From: Eledone cirrhosa
Lineage: Eukaryota
Direction of reading: 5' to 3'
Assembly: GCA_964016885.1 (NCBI GenBank)
Contig: OZ024746.1
Span: 24,428,001-24,492,000, forward strand
Length of the DNA stretch: 64,000 bases
Shown: positions 1 through 13,189 of the stretch, piece after piece
How the letters are laid out: each line of letters opens with the position of its first letter
Numbering within the stretch: position 1 is the first letter of the stretch
Notes under the pieces: generated by a model
What the model was told of the DNA's origin: nothing
The model's database searches: none
The model's input: the letters and a program-made list of their open reading frames with translations, nothing else
Position numbers and translations under genes: made by a program

Positions 1-651
1 TTATGTTAAAAGAAAACTCCATCATAATTCATTGTAAAACCTTTATGTTCCAAACACCAGATAAATCAAAAGTTGGTTATATTACTAAATCCCTCTGAAT
101 TCTTGAAAAACAGGTAATGTCTTTCAATAGAAATATGGTAACGAATGGATTTAATAAAAATCAAATCAACAATTGTTGTAAAAGTAACTTTATCGACAAT
201 GGTTAAAACCTTTAGTATTTCTGTCTACGTTATAGTGGGGCCGTTTTAGTAACACCTTCTTTATAAATAGGAAGTGGAAGGATATACTTTTACATGGTCA
301 ACAGTCCTACTACTACAACAGTCAGGCAACTAAATAACCCTTAAATCACATTGGAAAGAAGGAAAGAAAACATTCAATGTACACCCACATACACACAACG
401 AAATCTCGAACGATATGTGGGAACTGCAGCGAGACAGCAAATTCGAAATACAAAAAAAAAAAGGAAAAAAACATTATAAATTTATCAGAAACGACGCATG
501 TTCTGTTGTATAAAATATATTTTTGTCCTTTAATAAACTACTGAATGTATTTAAATATAACCAATGTTTCTAGGGTAAGAAATCAATAAGGTCGCTTAGA
601 AACATCAATATGTTTAATAATTAATGTTATCAAAGTGATAAACATACTCAC

Positions 652-800
652 AGGAAATGACTGGCGTCAGTGTAACGAAGAAATGACAACACACAATGAA
701 AACAGCTTTATATCACTCGCTCTATATATATAGCGAGAACAACGTGATGACGTTTAATTCATTGATTGGTCACATCTTTTCCTAGTAGCCGGAAGTTTAT
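652..800 (-). promoter_or_regulatory. Putative promoter and short non-coding first exon of a gene running off the left edge
   Basis: ETS CCGGAAGT (789-796, + strand), CCAAT (769-765), CRE/ATF-like TGATGACGT (~745-753), TATA (~732-723), Inr-like TCATT at ~697 about 30 nt from TATA, then donor GTGAGT at 651-646. Confidence 0.5.
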
Positions 801-1118
801 TCTTTAAAAATACAGTGTTAGTTTCGTATAATCTTTTTTATGAAAATGTATTTCACTACTAAATTATATATTATTTTGGTATTAATGTATTTTTACTGAA
901 GATATATTTTTTATTATTAGTTTTGAATGAAATATCATACAAAACGATGTTGTTTATTCAAGTTCACCATGACCGAGTAGAATTCTGTTTAAAAGTGTTC
1001 CAAACCGCGACAATCCCGTTATTTGTGCATCTAGAACTGAACTGTTGGTAGAACAGCGTCTCTATCTCGGCCTTTCTACTATATATATATATAACCAGTG
1101 TATTCTTCTCACCCATAT

Positions 1119-1208
<90 letters not shown>

Positions 1209-3084
1209 TAGTAGAGAGGCTGAGGTAGAGACGCTGTTCTACCAACAGGATATTTCATTTCAATTTGTTATAAACTCCCTGTCGGTTAGTTTAATAACTG
1301 GATGACTGTTAAGTTGTTGATTGTCAAAGTTCTTTCGTCTCACATTCTGCGACCTCCTTAGTGAAGACACATGGTTACCGCTACCGCACTTCTTAATCTA
1401 TCTTAATTAACTACTTACATGAGCACTAATTATATGGAAATTAGTATGAACGTGTTTCCATGTGGTTGTTTGGATGATATACACGCAATTAGGTCCGAAA
1501 ATGGATTAAAAGTGCTTATCATTTTTTTTTCAATTTTCAGGGAAATTCGTATTTTCTGGCATATTAACTGCATGTCTGCATATCAAAAATTGGTGCCTGT
1601 GCGAGTGAATGGCTATTGCAACATCTTAACATCGCTGTCATCTAGCCTTACTGAAGTATCATGTAATGGTCGAGAGTGTGCTTGACTATTTCAGCGTTTT
1701 GGTTTGTTATCACTCCTGCAATTGAGTGTATATCTTCTGTTTGATTTACCTTATTTGAAAATCATATTCATTATATATATTGTATTTATCTTAAATACAA
1801 GCCGTAACTGAGGATAACTAATGTATTGTTCTTATAAAACATAAAGGCGTTACGGTTAAGCTTAAACTGTTTTGATGGCGTGACGCGCTTTCCGTCTCCA
1901 ACTTAGTCATTTCGGACACAAACCCCGGTACCACGGCCCGCCATGCAGGGGAAAGGAAGATAAACGAATACCGAGGATTGTCCTGTCGCCGTCGAGATCG
2001 CAGGCGTACTTGGACCCCGTACTGTTGAACTCCTCCACATGAGCGGCCCGTCGGAGGAGGGAGCTTCACGAGGTGGGTGGGGTAGAAGTTGAAGCGGGTG
2101 TCGCTGGCCATTGTCCGCGGGAATGCTTTTGCGGTCTTGTCCGAGGGGCGCAGCCCTATTACCGCCGCGCCCTAGACCCAGCCCAATCAATCTCCCTTTG
2201 CCATTCCCTTTCTTTTCCTTTATTTTTTCATATTTTCTTGTTTTACATTTCCTTCTTTTTTCCAAATTTAAATATTCTTTTCTCTTTTTTTTTTACTGAA
2301 TTTAAATAAATTGTATTTACATGATATATTTTTACATAGACTAAAGACCTAGATATTTACACTCTATTTCCCATAAACTATGGAGTGGTAAGTCTTACTA
2401 GTCTCAATTATTATCAAAGCGAGAGTAGAGAGACAAATAGACAAACCGGATGTCAGACTCAGTCGGCTAATGAAATCAAAATAGTGAACGTATTATGAAT
2501 TAACCAATGAAAAGACAGTAAGTAAGCGACAATATCAACAGATAAACAGAATATATATATATTTAGCGACACCAGTTAGTACACAACACCGACTCCACAC
2601 AACAAGCATCCTAACAAACAAACCCCAAAGAAAATCAAATTAGTTGTCGTTAAAGAGTTCGATTGACAACTACATGGTTCAATCCCACTAACAGCACCAC
2701 AGCTTAGAATTTGGTAGATTGCAGAAAACCGTCCAACACACACACACACACACATTATATATATATATATAATGTGTGTGTGTGTGTGTTGGACGGTTTT
2801 CTGCATCACACCCTATCTGATATATATATATATAGTCGCATATATGTTATAGAATGCCGTTAGCTTCTTGCTAAAACAATCTCTATACCTCTCATTTAGT
2901 AATAATTGAGACTATATATATATATATCAGATAGGGTGTGGTAAAAACTAGCTAGACCATAACCGACCTGAGTACTCAATACTTGGGGTAATAAAGTGGG
3001 TTCGGATCTAGCTGTCGAAACTGCCGGAGCTCAGCCGTCGGGGTCCTGAATCATATATATATATATAATGTCTCACAATGTTTA

Positions 3085-3162
3085 AATTGCCTTGTCTGAC
3101 GAACGAATGCGGACGTTTCTTGTATCCGTCTTATTCGGGAAACCTCTGGTAATGAGGTAATT
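3085..3162 (+). ncRNA. Type I hammerhead ribozyme motif
   Basis: 11-bp stem I AATTGCCTTGT/ATGAGGTAATT; CTGACGA (3096-3102); stem II CGAAT..GCGGA/TCCGT..ATTCG with an A.G first pair; GAAA; stem III CC-TCT-GG; GUA triplet, predicted cut after 3151. Lies between (TA)n tracts. Confidence 0.75.
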
Positions 3163-3607
3163 ATATTGTATTGTTTATTATACATTAAATATTTAGCTCT
3201 GTAACTTAGATAGAGTACTCTTCATTCCTCTGACTTTTTCAACGGAAACTTCAACACATATATATATATATATATATATATATTCACTTATTTTGTTTTG
3301 ACCTGTTTGGCTTCGGTGGTTAATGCTTTCTTGACCACCTTTTCAGTTTTGTATGGCTTCTTAACACATTGTTTAGCTCTGGTTTTTAACTATTGAGCAC
3401 TTTGCTAGTATCATTTCTGTTTTTTGCGTTTCGCTTCGCTTTTCCTGCCCGCCGAAAATGTGATTCTCGCTGAATCTTTATTTGTATATATATATATATA
3501 TGCACGCGCATGTGTCTAGTAGTCCATCATATATCACTCTATGCATGTTAAGGCTTGCTGAATACACCGCTTGGCGTCACGGTTGGGTTTCTGCTTTCAC
3601 CCCGCTA

Positions 3608-3640
<33 letters not shown>

Positions 3641-3947
3641 TTATACGTGTATACGTTTATGTACATGTGTATATATATAATGTATATATGCATGTATATG
3701 TATGTGTGTGTACGTGTATGTGTGTGTGTACGCATGTATATATGTACATGTATGTATATGTCTGTCTGTATATATATATACATGTATGTATGTGTGTGCG
3801 TGCGGCTCTCTATGCGTGTGTACACACTTATATGCGTGCGCAGGCTCATGTGCCTTGGTGTATGTATGTGTATACACATGTCTGTACGTCTATGTTGTTG
3901 ATTTTCTACACCCTACAATTATTTCTTCCTATCAATATTATTCCCAA

Positions 3948-4130
3948 GACGGTGAATTTGCAGTATCGGTAGAGGGTTGGACGCCATGCTTTCTAGCATA
4001 GTTACGTCCCTTTACTGTCTGAGTTCAAATCCCGTCGAGGTTAACTTTGCCTTTCATCCTTACGGGGGTCGATAAAATAAAGTACCAGTAATGTACTGGT
4101 GATTTGCTGGCCTTGTGCCTAAAGTAGAAA
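3948..4130 (+). mobile_element. tRNA-derived SINE, same family
   Basis: Same boxes and core; 15-bp TSD CAATATTATTCCCAA at 3933-3947 and 4131-4145. Confidence 0.9.
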
Positions 4131-5724
4131 CAATATTATTCCCAATCCCCTTTTTTAATTTTTTAACAAAAACATGAAATATCCTTACCGACACGATAAA
4201 CTAGCACCGGGTCGTCCAAGCGTGACCCCCCCCCCCCACAAACCCCTACTTCCTGTTTACACCAAAACAAGTCTTTGCCTGACCAATACACATTCCAAAA
4301 CGCCCCCACAAAAATCTTTAATTGCTCGCGCGCACACAAAAATAGGCACATGTATACTGGTGAAGACACACCCATATGTAAACGAAACTTCCTTGTTTTT
4401 TCTATTTTATATATATATATATATGTGTGTGTGTGGGGGGGGCGGGTTTAATAAATGAAACAAACAAACAAAACATAGGAGGCAATTTTTACAGTTTATA
4501 TTAGGTTAACGCTTGGTGGAAGTGGAGGAGGTTTCGACGTTTTGGACAGAAGTCCTTCTTCGGGAAATTTCGGATAAGGAGAGAAGAGATACACGTAAAA
4601 GTGGTTAGGGAAGGAAACTAAATAAAAAAAAAAAGGTGGTGTTGAAAGGTCCGGCCTGGGAAGGAGGGTAGTGGTGGTGGTTGTGTCGAAGGGGAGAAAT
4701 TTGTATATGTGCGTGGCTTCAGTCTGTCTCCCAATATATATATAGATAGCGTCCGAAATGTTAAGACCCTCTTCCTGCTATTTCAAGCGTTAACCTAATA
4801 TATCCCTTCCATATACTGTATTGATTGTGTTGTTATTTCTGTTTACCTTTTACATATATATATATACGTATAGGAGTGTGTGCCTATGTTTAAGTTTATG
4901 TTTATAGTTTGAACTTTCGTAACTCCAGTAAGCTGTTTAACAAAAACATGAGATCGATAAAATAAGTACCGAACATGAAAAAATAAGTAGTTGTTATATG
5001 ATCGACTAAATCAAGGCCTCATATATATGTAGGGCATTGTTCGCCAATCGGTGGAGCTTCGAAATAAGGGCCTCTGCGATCATTTTTCAAGTATGTCAAA
5101 AGAGAGAGAACACTGTCCTCCTTTCCCTTCTAATTTCTACAAGTTAACAAGCGACCATTCTACCTGGTCTCTCGACAGTCAACAATTTTTCGGACACAGA
5201 ACATTCATAGGAGATAGCGAGGCTAAGGTGTTGGAATAACCATGCATCCTCGTCAACACGATCACCTGATACATTAGTGAAGCAAGCCACCAGCTATGAC
5301 AAGGACATCGTTGTCAATGGCACACTCCCCCAAACGTCTCAAACACCACAGGCTGGATAAAGTAGTTTGCAAATAATGTTTGGTTTTATAGAAATTTATT
5401 CCGTTCCGCTACAGATGCTTTGATCCTCACCTTTATACCGCAGCATAATATTGGGGTATAGATCCGTTGACCCTCATCTTTACAGCAGCATATACTCTAT
5501 ACAGTGATACTCACCTTTGCCACAGCATATTTTTTTTTTTTTTTTTTTTCGGAATTTTGAACTGGAATATTTACGATTTTGCAAGAAATAAAAAAAAATC
5601 CCTCACCTCATTAACTTTTTCCAATCCCTCTCCACGCCCCCGAAAAAAAAAAAAAAGGAACAAAAAAAATCTTTTCAAATGTCATTGCAAACAGTGTAAG
5701 AAATTTGTTATGAAAAAAAATAAT

Positions 5725-5920
5725 TGTTTCTACTTTAGGCACAAGGCCAGCAATTACCCAGTGCATTACTGGTACTTTATTTTATCGACCCCGTAAGGAT
5801 GAAAGGCAAAGTCAACCTCGGCGGGATTTGAACTCAGATCGTAAAGGGACGTAACTATGCTGGAAAGCATGGCGTCCGACCCTCTACCCGATACTGCCAA
5901 TCCACCGCCCTATGAATCCC
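5725..5920 (-). mobile_element. Full-length tRNA-derived SINE (dominant family)
   Basis: A-box-like TGGCAGTATCGG, B-box GAGTTCAAATCC, core GCCTTTCATCCTTACGGGGTCGATAAAATAAAGTACCAG (Meta/MESC-like, from memory); 18-bp TSD at 5707-5724 and 5921-5938. Confidence 0.9.
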
Positions 5921-7624
5921 GTTATGAAAAAAAATAATAAAAATAAATACCTGCTGTCATTGTTTTCTCTCTGCACAAATTTTAACATTTGTTCATTTGA
6001 TGAGGTATTTTTGCCGAATACGTGCCCAGTTAATCTTTTTTCTTTACGTGGTTTCACTTATTAGACAGTGGCGATGCTGGAGCACCTCGATCATATCAAT
6101 AACGGCAGTATTTTTTTTTTTCAAGTTTGGTATCTTTTTGTTGACCCGTTAAGTTACAAGACAACCACAGGGATGCAAACACACATATACAGATATATTA
6201 TTATACGGGCTTCTACAGTTTCCGCCCACAAGACTTTGATCATCCCTAGCCCACAGTTGAAGATACTTGTCCAATTTACCACGCAGCGGAACTGAACACA
6301 GTAGCAAACTTCTTAACCGCTCAGACATGCCGTAAAAAATATAACTTGGCTTTTTTAGTAACCGAAACGAATACGTTTCGTTTCAGCGTGAATAGTTCTA
6401 AATTGACTAAAAGTTGTTTGTTTTTTTTTCCGCAATAATAACATAAGAAGCGTTAAGTATATTTTTGTTTACAAAATTTACATTACAAATACAAACGGGA
6501 ATATTTGGTAAATTTATAGCAAAGCACCTGCTGGGGTTCACTAAGAAACATTTTTCTATGCTTTTTTGTGTTTTCAACAAATCTGACCTAAAACATGCTT
6601 GCAATCAACTTTTCTTTCCCGAAAAAGGAATGGGAGGATCCTTGGATTTTCCCAGTCTCAGAGTTTTATTCAGTGGGAACATTTTTCTTTTCTAGGTTTT
6701 TTCGTTTGTTTTCAACCATCTGACATCTGACTACTTTTCCCGAAAATAGAGTTACAAATAAGCACCTTTCAGACGGTTAAATTTATAGAAAATTCTATTC
6801 GGCTACATATGCTGGGATCGCTAAGAAAAAAAATATGGGATATTATGATTCCAAAGTAAACGTCTTAACCATTTGGTATCTTGGTAGGCATTAATTAACC
6901 ACTCCATAGAGTTGTTCCAGCTGTAGAAACCAAAATTGAATGTATGAGCAAGGCATGGTCAGATGACTTGTCAAATCTCAAGTGACAGTCTAACTCATGC
7001 CATCATGTAAAATGGTGGTGGTGATGGTGATAATGAACACTTCCCTCAGGTATTTTCTCCAGCCATATTGTTTATAAAATAATGGATTGACGGAATTATC
7101 AGAGATCAGATGAGATTTCTTACAGTATTTGTTCTGGCTCTGCATTATTTAGGTTAATCTGTTACCTGGCTTAATACTACTACATTGCCCTTGGGTGTTT
7201 TTGGTAGAGCCCACTCTGTTGCATGTATTTGGATCTGGTCTCCAATTTGAGGATACCTTTCTCCCTTCCTCACCCAAAATTGGTTATGGGCATTGCCTTC
7301 CCCTCCATGACTAAACAGAAAAAAGTATAAATACATAGCCATTGAAGTTTGTTGAAAAGATTTAATGAAAATGTTTTTGTCTCCTAACATCCTTCAAGGA
7401 TTCAGCAGAAAATAGTTAAAACTAGGTTTGTTAATTCAAAAGTTTATAGTATCTTTACTAGTGGACAGATTGATGTAAAAATTTACAATAGTACAGTAAC
7501 AACTTAAATATTTTAATGGGATGAAGTTTTGTGCTTTTCAAGAATGTTTTACTAATGTGTTTTCATGTGGTACAGGATGTTATGGGTTAAAATAAACATA
7601 ATGAATCAAATAAGTCAAGAAATA

Positions 7625-7630
7625 TTTATT
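7625..7630 (-). terminator. Probable polyadenylation signal of SNRPD3
   Basis: AATAAA on the minus strand about 315 nt after the stop, followed by U-rich sequence. Confidence 0.55.
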
Positions 7631-7944
7631 GCATGGCAAAGAAATGTTAATGAGAAAATGTATGAAAGAAGAGAAAGGGAGACAGTGAGAGACGTGGAGT
7701 GGGGATGAGAGAAACTGTTGAAGTGATGAGTTTTATGAGTTTATATTCATCTGGTTTGTTGGTTGGTTGGGTGTTGATGTTGGCGAAAGACAGTTATCTT
7801 TCATAGTGAGAACTTTGTTTCATTGGTTGGTTAGGTGTTAATGATGGTAGAATAGAAAGTTAACTTCACAGAGGGAGAACCCCAGTTTCATTGATATAAA
7901 AATAATAATAGTATTAAAAAAAAGTACAATTAAATAAAAAGAAA

Positions 7945-8000
7945 CTATTTTCTTCTTTGGAAGACATTTCCTCGTCCTCCACGACCTCGACCTCGAGCAG
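7945..8000 (-). CDS. SNRPD3: Sm D3 terminal coding exon, (A)ARGRGRGGRGNVFQRRK*
   Basis: Polypyrimidine tract and TTTCAG acceptor (AG at 8002-8001). Phase matches the upstream exon. Encodes the RG-repeat tail typical of Sm D3; TAG at 7947-7945. Spliced product is 125 aa; intron is 8001-12610. Confidence 0.95.
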
Positions 8001-8048
8001 CTGAAATGAAACAAAAAATAAAAAATTATAAATAATCTTATAAATATA

Positions 8049-8545
8049 GAGTGGGTGGAAAGAAACTCCCCATTTAAAATTGTTAATAACTTTATCAATC
8101 AGTGCTTGATTTTCATAACACATAATTTGAACAGTATGGTTGAAGTGTTAACATTCTATATAGGCACCTACATTTGTAATCGTCTAGGTATATCCTCGAC
8201 TGACTTCATTAGGAACTCAGCCAGTATGTTGGTCAGTATATGATGAATATATTCCTCCAACAACTGAGTCAGTTTTTGGTTTTGAGCTATAAATTTCTTA
8301 ACCCCCCCCCCCTCCCAAAAAAATGTATGGTGTTAAGTCAGGGCTTCATACTGGCCATTCATGTAAACCTTGATGACTCAGCCAACATCCTGGAAATTGG
8401 ACAAGCCACGCACAGACAATGCATGCAAAATGAGAAGAGGCCCCATCTTGCATGAATATGAAGTCACTGATGTTGTCCCAAGTGGTCATAGTAGGCCAAA
8501 AATTATATGTAATTTTCAATAGGAAGTTTCTTTCCACCCACCATG
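8049..8545 (-). mobile_element. Decayed Tc1/mariner-superfamily element (rosa/DD41D-like) in the SNRPD3 intron
   Basis: Inverted termini GTGGGTGGAAAGAAACT/AGTTTCTTTCCACCCAC with TA flanks; remnant peptide FMQDGASSH...WLVQFPGCWLSHQG..EWPV*SPDLTP. Confidence 0.8.
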
Positions 8546-11344
8546 TATATCAGAAAAAGTTATGTCAATAAAAGATTGTTTATTGCAATTTGTGCATAAA
8601 CTAGAATGTTACCAGTCATAATTACACATACAGGCCCTCAGTACATCTGTGTGGTCAGTGGCTAGCTTAAATATTGATGACATATCCACCAGGGAAAACA
8701 GATATTAATCGATGATAATGATGACATTGTTTCTCACATTCAATATTCTTAAACAACTCGACATTTATTTCTATGCAGCACACGAATGTGTAGAGGCACC
8801 TATGTAAGTTTAGCTGGCTCTCTATGAGGTTGTATCTCATAGGTTCTCTGAGTTGTTTAATGATAAGGGCCCTACTCCTATAATGAAAAGACTTCATCCT
8901 GGACCAGGGGGTTAACTCTAGCTGCTGGTGGTACATACTATGTTAGGAGATTTTTTTAATTTAAATAGGAGCACTTTAAAATGAGTGGTGCTGTTTCAAA
9001 GAACTACAGATGGTTTTGGCCAGGTTGATATCAAGTGTTAATGAAATGTAAATTTAGTAAAACTAAATGTTTACTAACTGATTTTTATTGTCTAGTCACC
9101 ATCTATCCTTTCTGCAAGTTGTTGAAATTAAAAATGAAATGTAATTTTCAGTTCATACTTTTGTAGGCTTAGATGGCCTCATACGATATTGCATCACATA
9201 GGTTTCAACATGAAATAAAACTTCTGCTCAAGAAAATGATGTGTTTCTTCGTTGCAGAATTGAACACATGGCCATATATGATTGAGAGTCCATCACCCTA
9301 ACCATATACCTTTATTATTAGTTATATATACCAGAGACAAGTTGACATTTCAAGTGAAAAGGTCAACATGGGGGAATTAATTAAAGACAAAAGTTAAATT
9401 ATTGTGACGATGGCATTTGACTTTTCATCTGATAATGAAATTTAGAATGAGGCCTGCAGGTGGGAATAACAAAAACAGAAGGAAGAAGAAAAATGAAAAT
9501 AGATGAGCAGTTTCATAAAGGTTATCTCTTTCAGGCCTTCTATCATTTTGCAAATATAACTGAATAAAACTATTGAGAATATTAGAGTAACATTGTAATA
9601 GTCTATGGAAGGACATTGTTGTTGTGTATAATAATAATATATATATATATATATTTACATCCAACTCATAAATGTATGTGTAAGTGGTTGAATATTTCAC
9701 AGACACATGTAACCATAACATAATTCCCAAGCTCAATCAGTGTGTCACAAAATGACAAAATTACACCTTTCAATTATAAGTACAGTTCATCTGATGAACA
9801 TACAGTTTCTATCTACCCAATTTCATGTATGTGGTAAATCGGCACACACACATACCTACACATGCACATGGTAAATCGGCACACACACATACCTACACAT
9901 GCACATGGTAAATCAATACACATATACATACACATGCAATAGACATCTTTACAGTTTCTGTCTCCCAAATTTACTAACAAAACATAGGTTAGCCTGAGGC
10001 TATCACAGAAGACTGTAAAGTGGGATGGAACCCAGAACCATGTGGTTGCAAAGAAAACTTCTTAAGCTATGTCTGCAACTTTGTAGAGGTGTAACTAATG
10101 TTTGGCTCCAATCTAATGCTGAACATATTGGGGGTGAGGTGGGGTGTGTGACCCGAGGCTATGATAAGACACTTGCTCAAGATGTTATGCATTAAGACTG
10201 AACTTGGTATCTCATAACTGTGAAGCCAACTTCTTAACTATTCCATCAAGTAGGTTTACCTCACCCTATGTCGTTAATAGGTTCCAGAAGTCAGGACCTA
10301 AGACCCCCTATAAACTGCTTATAGGTATTCCCTACATTAATTTATGCTGTATATTTTAGCATTTATTTTAATGTGATTTTATGTTTTTATTGTTTTTTTT
10401 AGTTTAATATGTTTAGCAGATCAATGTAAAGTTAAGTCAATCGACATAACACAAGGTTTATTTTAGCCACATATTAAGAAAAATCACCCTAACTCCAAAA
10501 ATGCTGAAACTCAAAATAATACAAGCCAAGGTATACTTATATATGGTACAACTGGAGTCCCCTCAACCCCATCATATGATTTTATGTACACAGGTACTCT
10601 TCGTCTAGACATGTAGCTTAATGGATTAGGTACAGGTCTCACAATCATAGGTTTGATTCCTGGAGTGGAGGGTGCTTTGTGTCCTTGAACAAAGCATATT
10701 TTCATAAGACTGGAGCCCTATCATTAAAGCAATCTACAAACCTCCTCTGAGATGCAGCCTCACAGGTGGCCAATTAAATTTGCATACAACACGATAGGAT
10801 TGGGGTCCCTATCATTAAAACACCCCCAAAACCTTCTCAGATGCAAACTTGTAGGAGTCCAGTTAAACTTGCATCGATGTGAGCTGTAACAATATGAGAG
10901 GACTGGCGACCGCCATCATTAAAACACTCAAGAAACATCCTATGCGATACAACCTTGTGGGAGGCTAACTAAACCTGCATAGATGTGAGCTGTAACAACA
11001 TAAGACTGGAACTCATATTAAATACCACAAAGAAACATATGAGACCATCTAAACCTGCATATGTGTGAACTGTAACAACACAAGAAATCTCAAATGAGAT
11101 GCCGTCTAGTATGAGACCAGCTGAACATGCACAGGTGCGAGCTGGAAATCTAATTTTATAATTTGCTACAGCATATAAAAGTGCTGAAGCTATGTGATAT
11201 AGTAAATAAAGCCCCTGAGTTTAATTCCAGCTCAAGGATAAATATGTATGTATATGTATGAGTTTGGAACTAGCTGTTGAAACAGCAAGAGCTCAGCCGT
11301 CGGGTCCCGACTCTTTATAATATATATATATATATATATATATA

Positions 11345-11419
11345 CAGGGTGTCTCAAAAAATGTATACACATATTTATTAGAATGCTGTTGAAGTATGTA
11401 TGCATTTTAGGGGACACTG
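11345..11419. mobile_element. Tiny degenerate Tc1-type MITE
   Basis: TA/CAGGGTGTCTCAAAAAATGTATAC...GTATGCATTTTAGGGGACACTG imperfect TIRs. Confidence 0.5.
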
Positions 11420-11940
11420 CATATATTTGAGGACTGCATTCACTTTTTTACAGAACATAATTAAAATTTGGCTTGAAAACTGGAGTAGTTTTTATGGATG
11501 AAACTGGTGCTTGTGTATCCCTTTGTTGTGAAGTACATACACTGCATGTATCTATCGTAATTTAGTACATGTGTCTTACAGTTTGTTTTTTTCAACATCA
11601 ATTACTTGATCAGCTTAAAATACTCACAGCAAAACTAAATGTATATTTATTATACGTAAACATGGTATATGGGTCCATATATACAACAATCAGACAAATC
11701 CAATAATATAAACCATTATTTTCAACACTACACATTAAACTATTTAGCAGAAATATTAAAATACAACTAAAGTCCACAACATTCTCAGAACAATAGCCAG
11801 CAACAACAATAACTGACGGACATGGCCTTTAAAACCGTCGTAAATTACAAATTTTCTGTGGTCTCCCGCTACCCAGAACTTCATTAAACCCGTCTCCATC
11901 AACATGGGTAAACAACAGATTTATCGGTATTATTATGGGG

Positions 11941-12175
11941 ATCCCGCCGAGGTTAACTTTGCCTTTCATCCTTACGGGGTCGATAAAATAGAGTACCAGT
12001 AATGTACTGCGTAACTGCTGGTCTTGTGCCAAAAGTGGAAACAATTATGGGGAGGCAGTTATTTTTAGTTCAAAACCCACCGAGACCAATTTTGTTTTTC
12101 ATCCTTCCGAGGTCGATAAAATATAGTACCAGTTAAATACGGGAGTTGTGCTAATGTTAGAAAGAATTATTATTA
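11941..12175 (+). mobile_element. Two 5'-truncated SINE copies in the SNRPD3 intron
   Basis: Core CCTTTCATCCTT..GGTCGATAAAATA occurs twice; the first has TSD ATTATGGGGA. Confidence 0.8.
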
Positions 12176-12523
12176 CTTCATTTGTATAAATATTTAAGGT
12201 AGCATTTAAATAACTTCTCGAAATGAACAACTGTCTTTCAACTGAGAGAAATTAATACTGTCCGCCTCAAAGGTGTTTTAAAATTTATACAAATAGATTA
12301 CAGTAAGATTATTACAGAAGTCCATCGTATTTTTAGACATTATTTGAAATTCTGAATATAGGCTTTAATTCCTATAAATAATACTTCCGTATTGAGTACT
12401 TTTTCTTGCGTCCCCAAATAATACACGTATATATATATCATTCAACGAAGTACTTTTACTTTAAAGAAAGTTGAGTGTATATATTATTTATTACATGTAA
12501 ACCCGTTGGGTTTACATGTAAAT

Positions 12524-12556
<33 letters not shown>

Positions 12557-12610
12557 GTATGTATGTGTATACACCAAATAATAAAACAGATAAACAATAT
12601 ATATGTATAC

Positions 12611-12932
12611 CTTGTGCCCGTAAAATAGCAGATTTTCCGCGACCAGCTCCGCCGCTGGTACCACCTTTGCCTTGGACTTTTTTGAACATAGGAGCATTCT
12701 TTAACATATCCGGTAAAATCAAAAAACGTATTTTACTACCTCGAATGAATACATTCTCCAAAGTAGCCACACGTCCGTCACGATATGTTACATTAATGTT
12801 GGACATTTGGCAGTTCATATTGTCTTCGGCCTCAACTAACTTGCCTCGATATACCTCGCCGGTGGTCGTTTCACAGGTGACCGTGTGACCTTCTGCTTCA
12901 TGCAATACCTTGATTGGAACGCCGATAGACAT
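12611..12932 (-). CDS. SNRPD3: Small nuclear ribonucleoprotein Sm D3, first coding exon (107 codons + 1 nt)
   Basis: Translation [43 protein letters not shown]...[23 protein letters not shown]...[11 protein letters not shown] is recognisably Sm D3. It ends at a phase-1 donor CAAG/GTATAC (GT at 12610-12609). Confidence 0.97.
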
Positions 12933-13034
12933 ACTGTATAGTTTAGATGATGAATCTTTAAAGTACTACTTCGTAGATTAAGAATGGAAAAAAAAGAAGC
13001 TACGTAACTTTCAAAATGTATAAAAGAACGTTTC

Positions 13035-13062
13035 AATTAATGATGGCGCCTAAACACGTGTG
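13035..13062 (-). promoter_or_regulatory. Candidate SNRPD3 proximal promoter motifs (E-box CACGTG, YY1-like CGCCATCATT)
   Basis: Motifs lie about 110-130 nt upstream of the ATG; motif match only. Confidence 0.3.
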
Positions 13063-13189
13063 GTGTGAATTAAGTTAATTTTATTACACTAAAGAGTTTC
13101 ATATAAGGGAGGTAACTGGTTTAAATTTCAATCTCCCATAAATGGTTTCAAAAATCATAACTGATAATATATAATATAATATGATATAA

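Noticed and set aside
890-945. CTGAAGA...GAAA hammerhead-like spacing
   Set aside because: No stem II and a weak stem I in AT-rich sequence.
1870-2210. 7SK, RNase P/MRP or telomerase RNA
   Set aside because: Only one GATC, no proper P4 CR-I/CR-V pairing and no CTAACCCT template; partial resemblances may be chance.
12456-12610. C-terminal extension of the 158-aa Sm D3 ORF
   Set aside because: Intron read-through; the true C-terminus is on the 8000-7945 exon.
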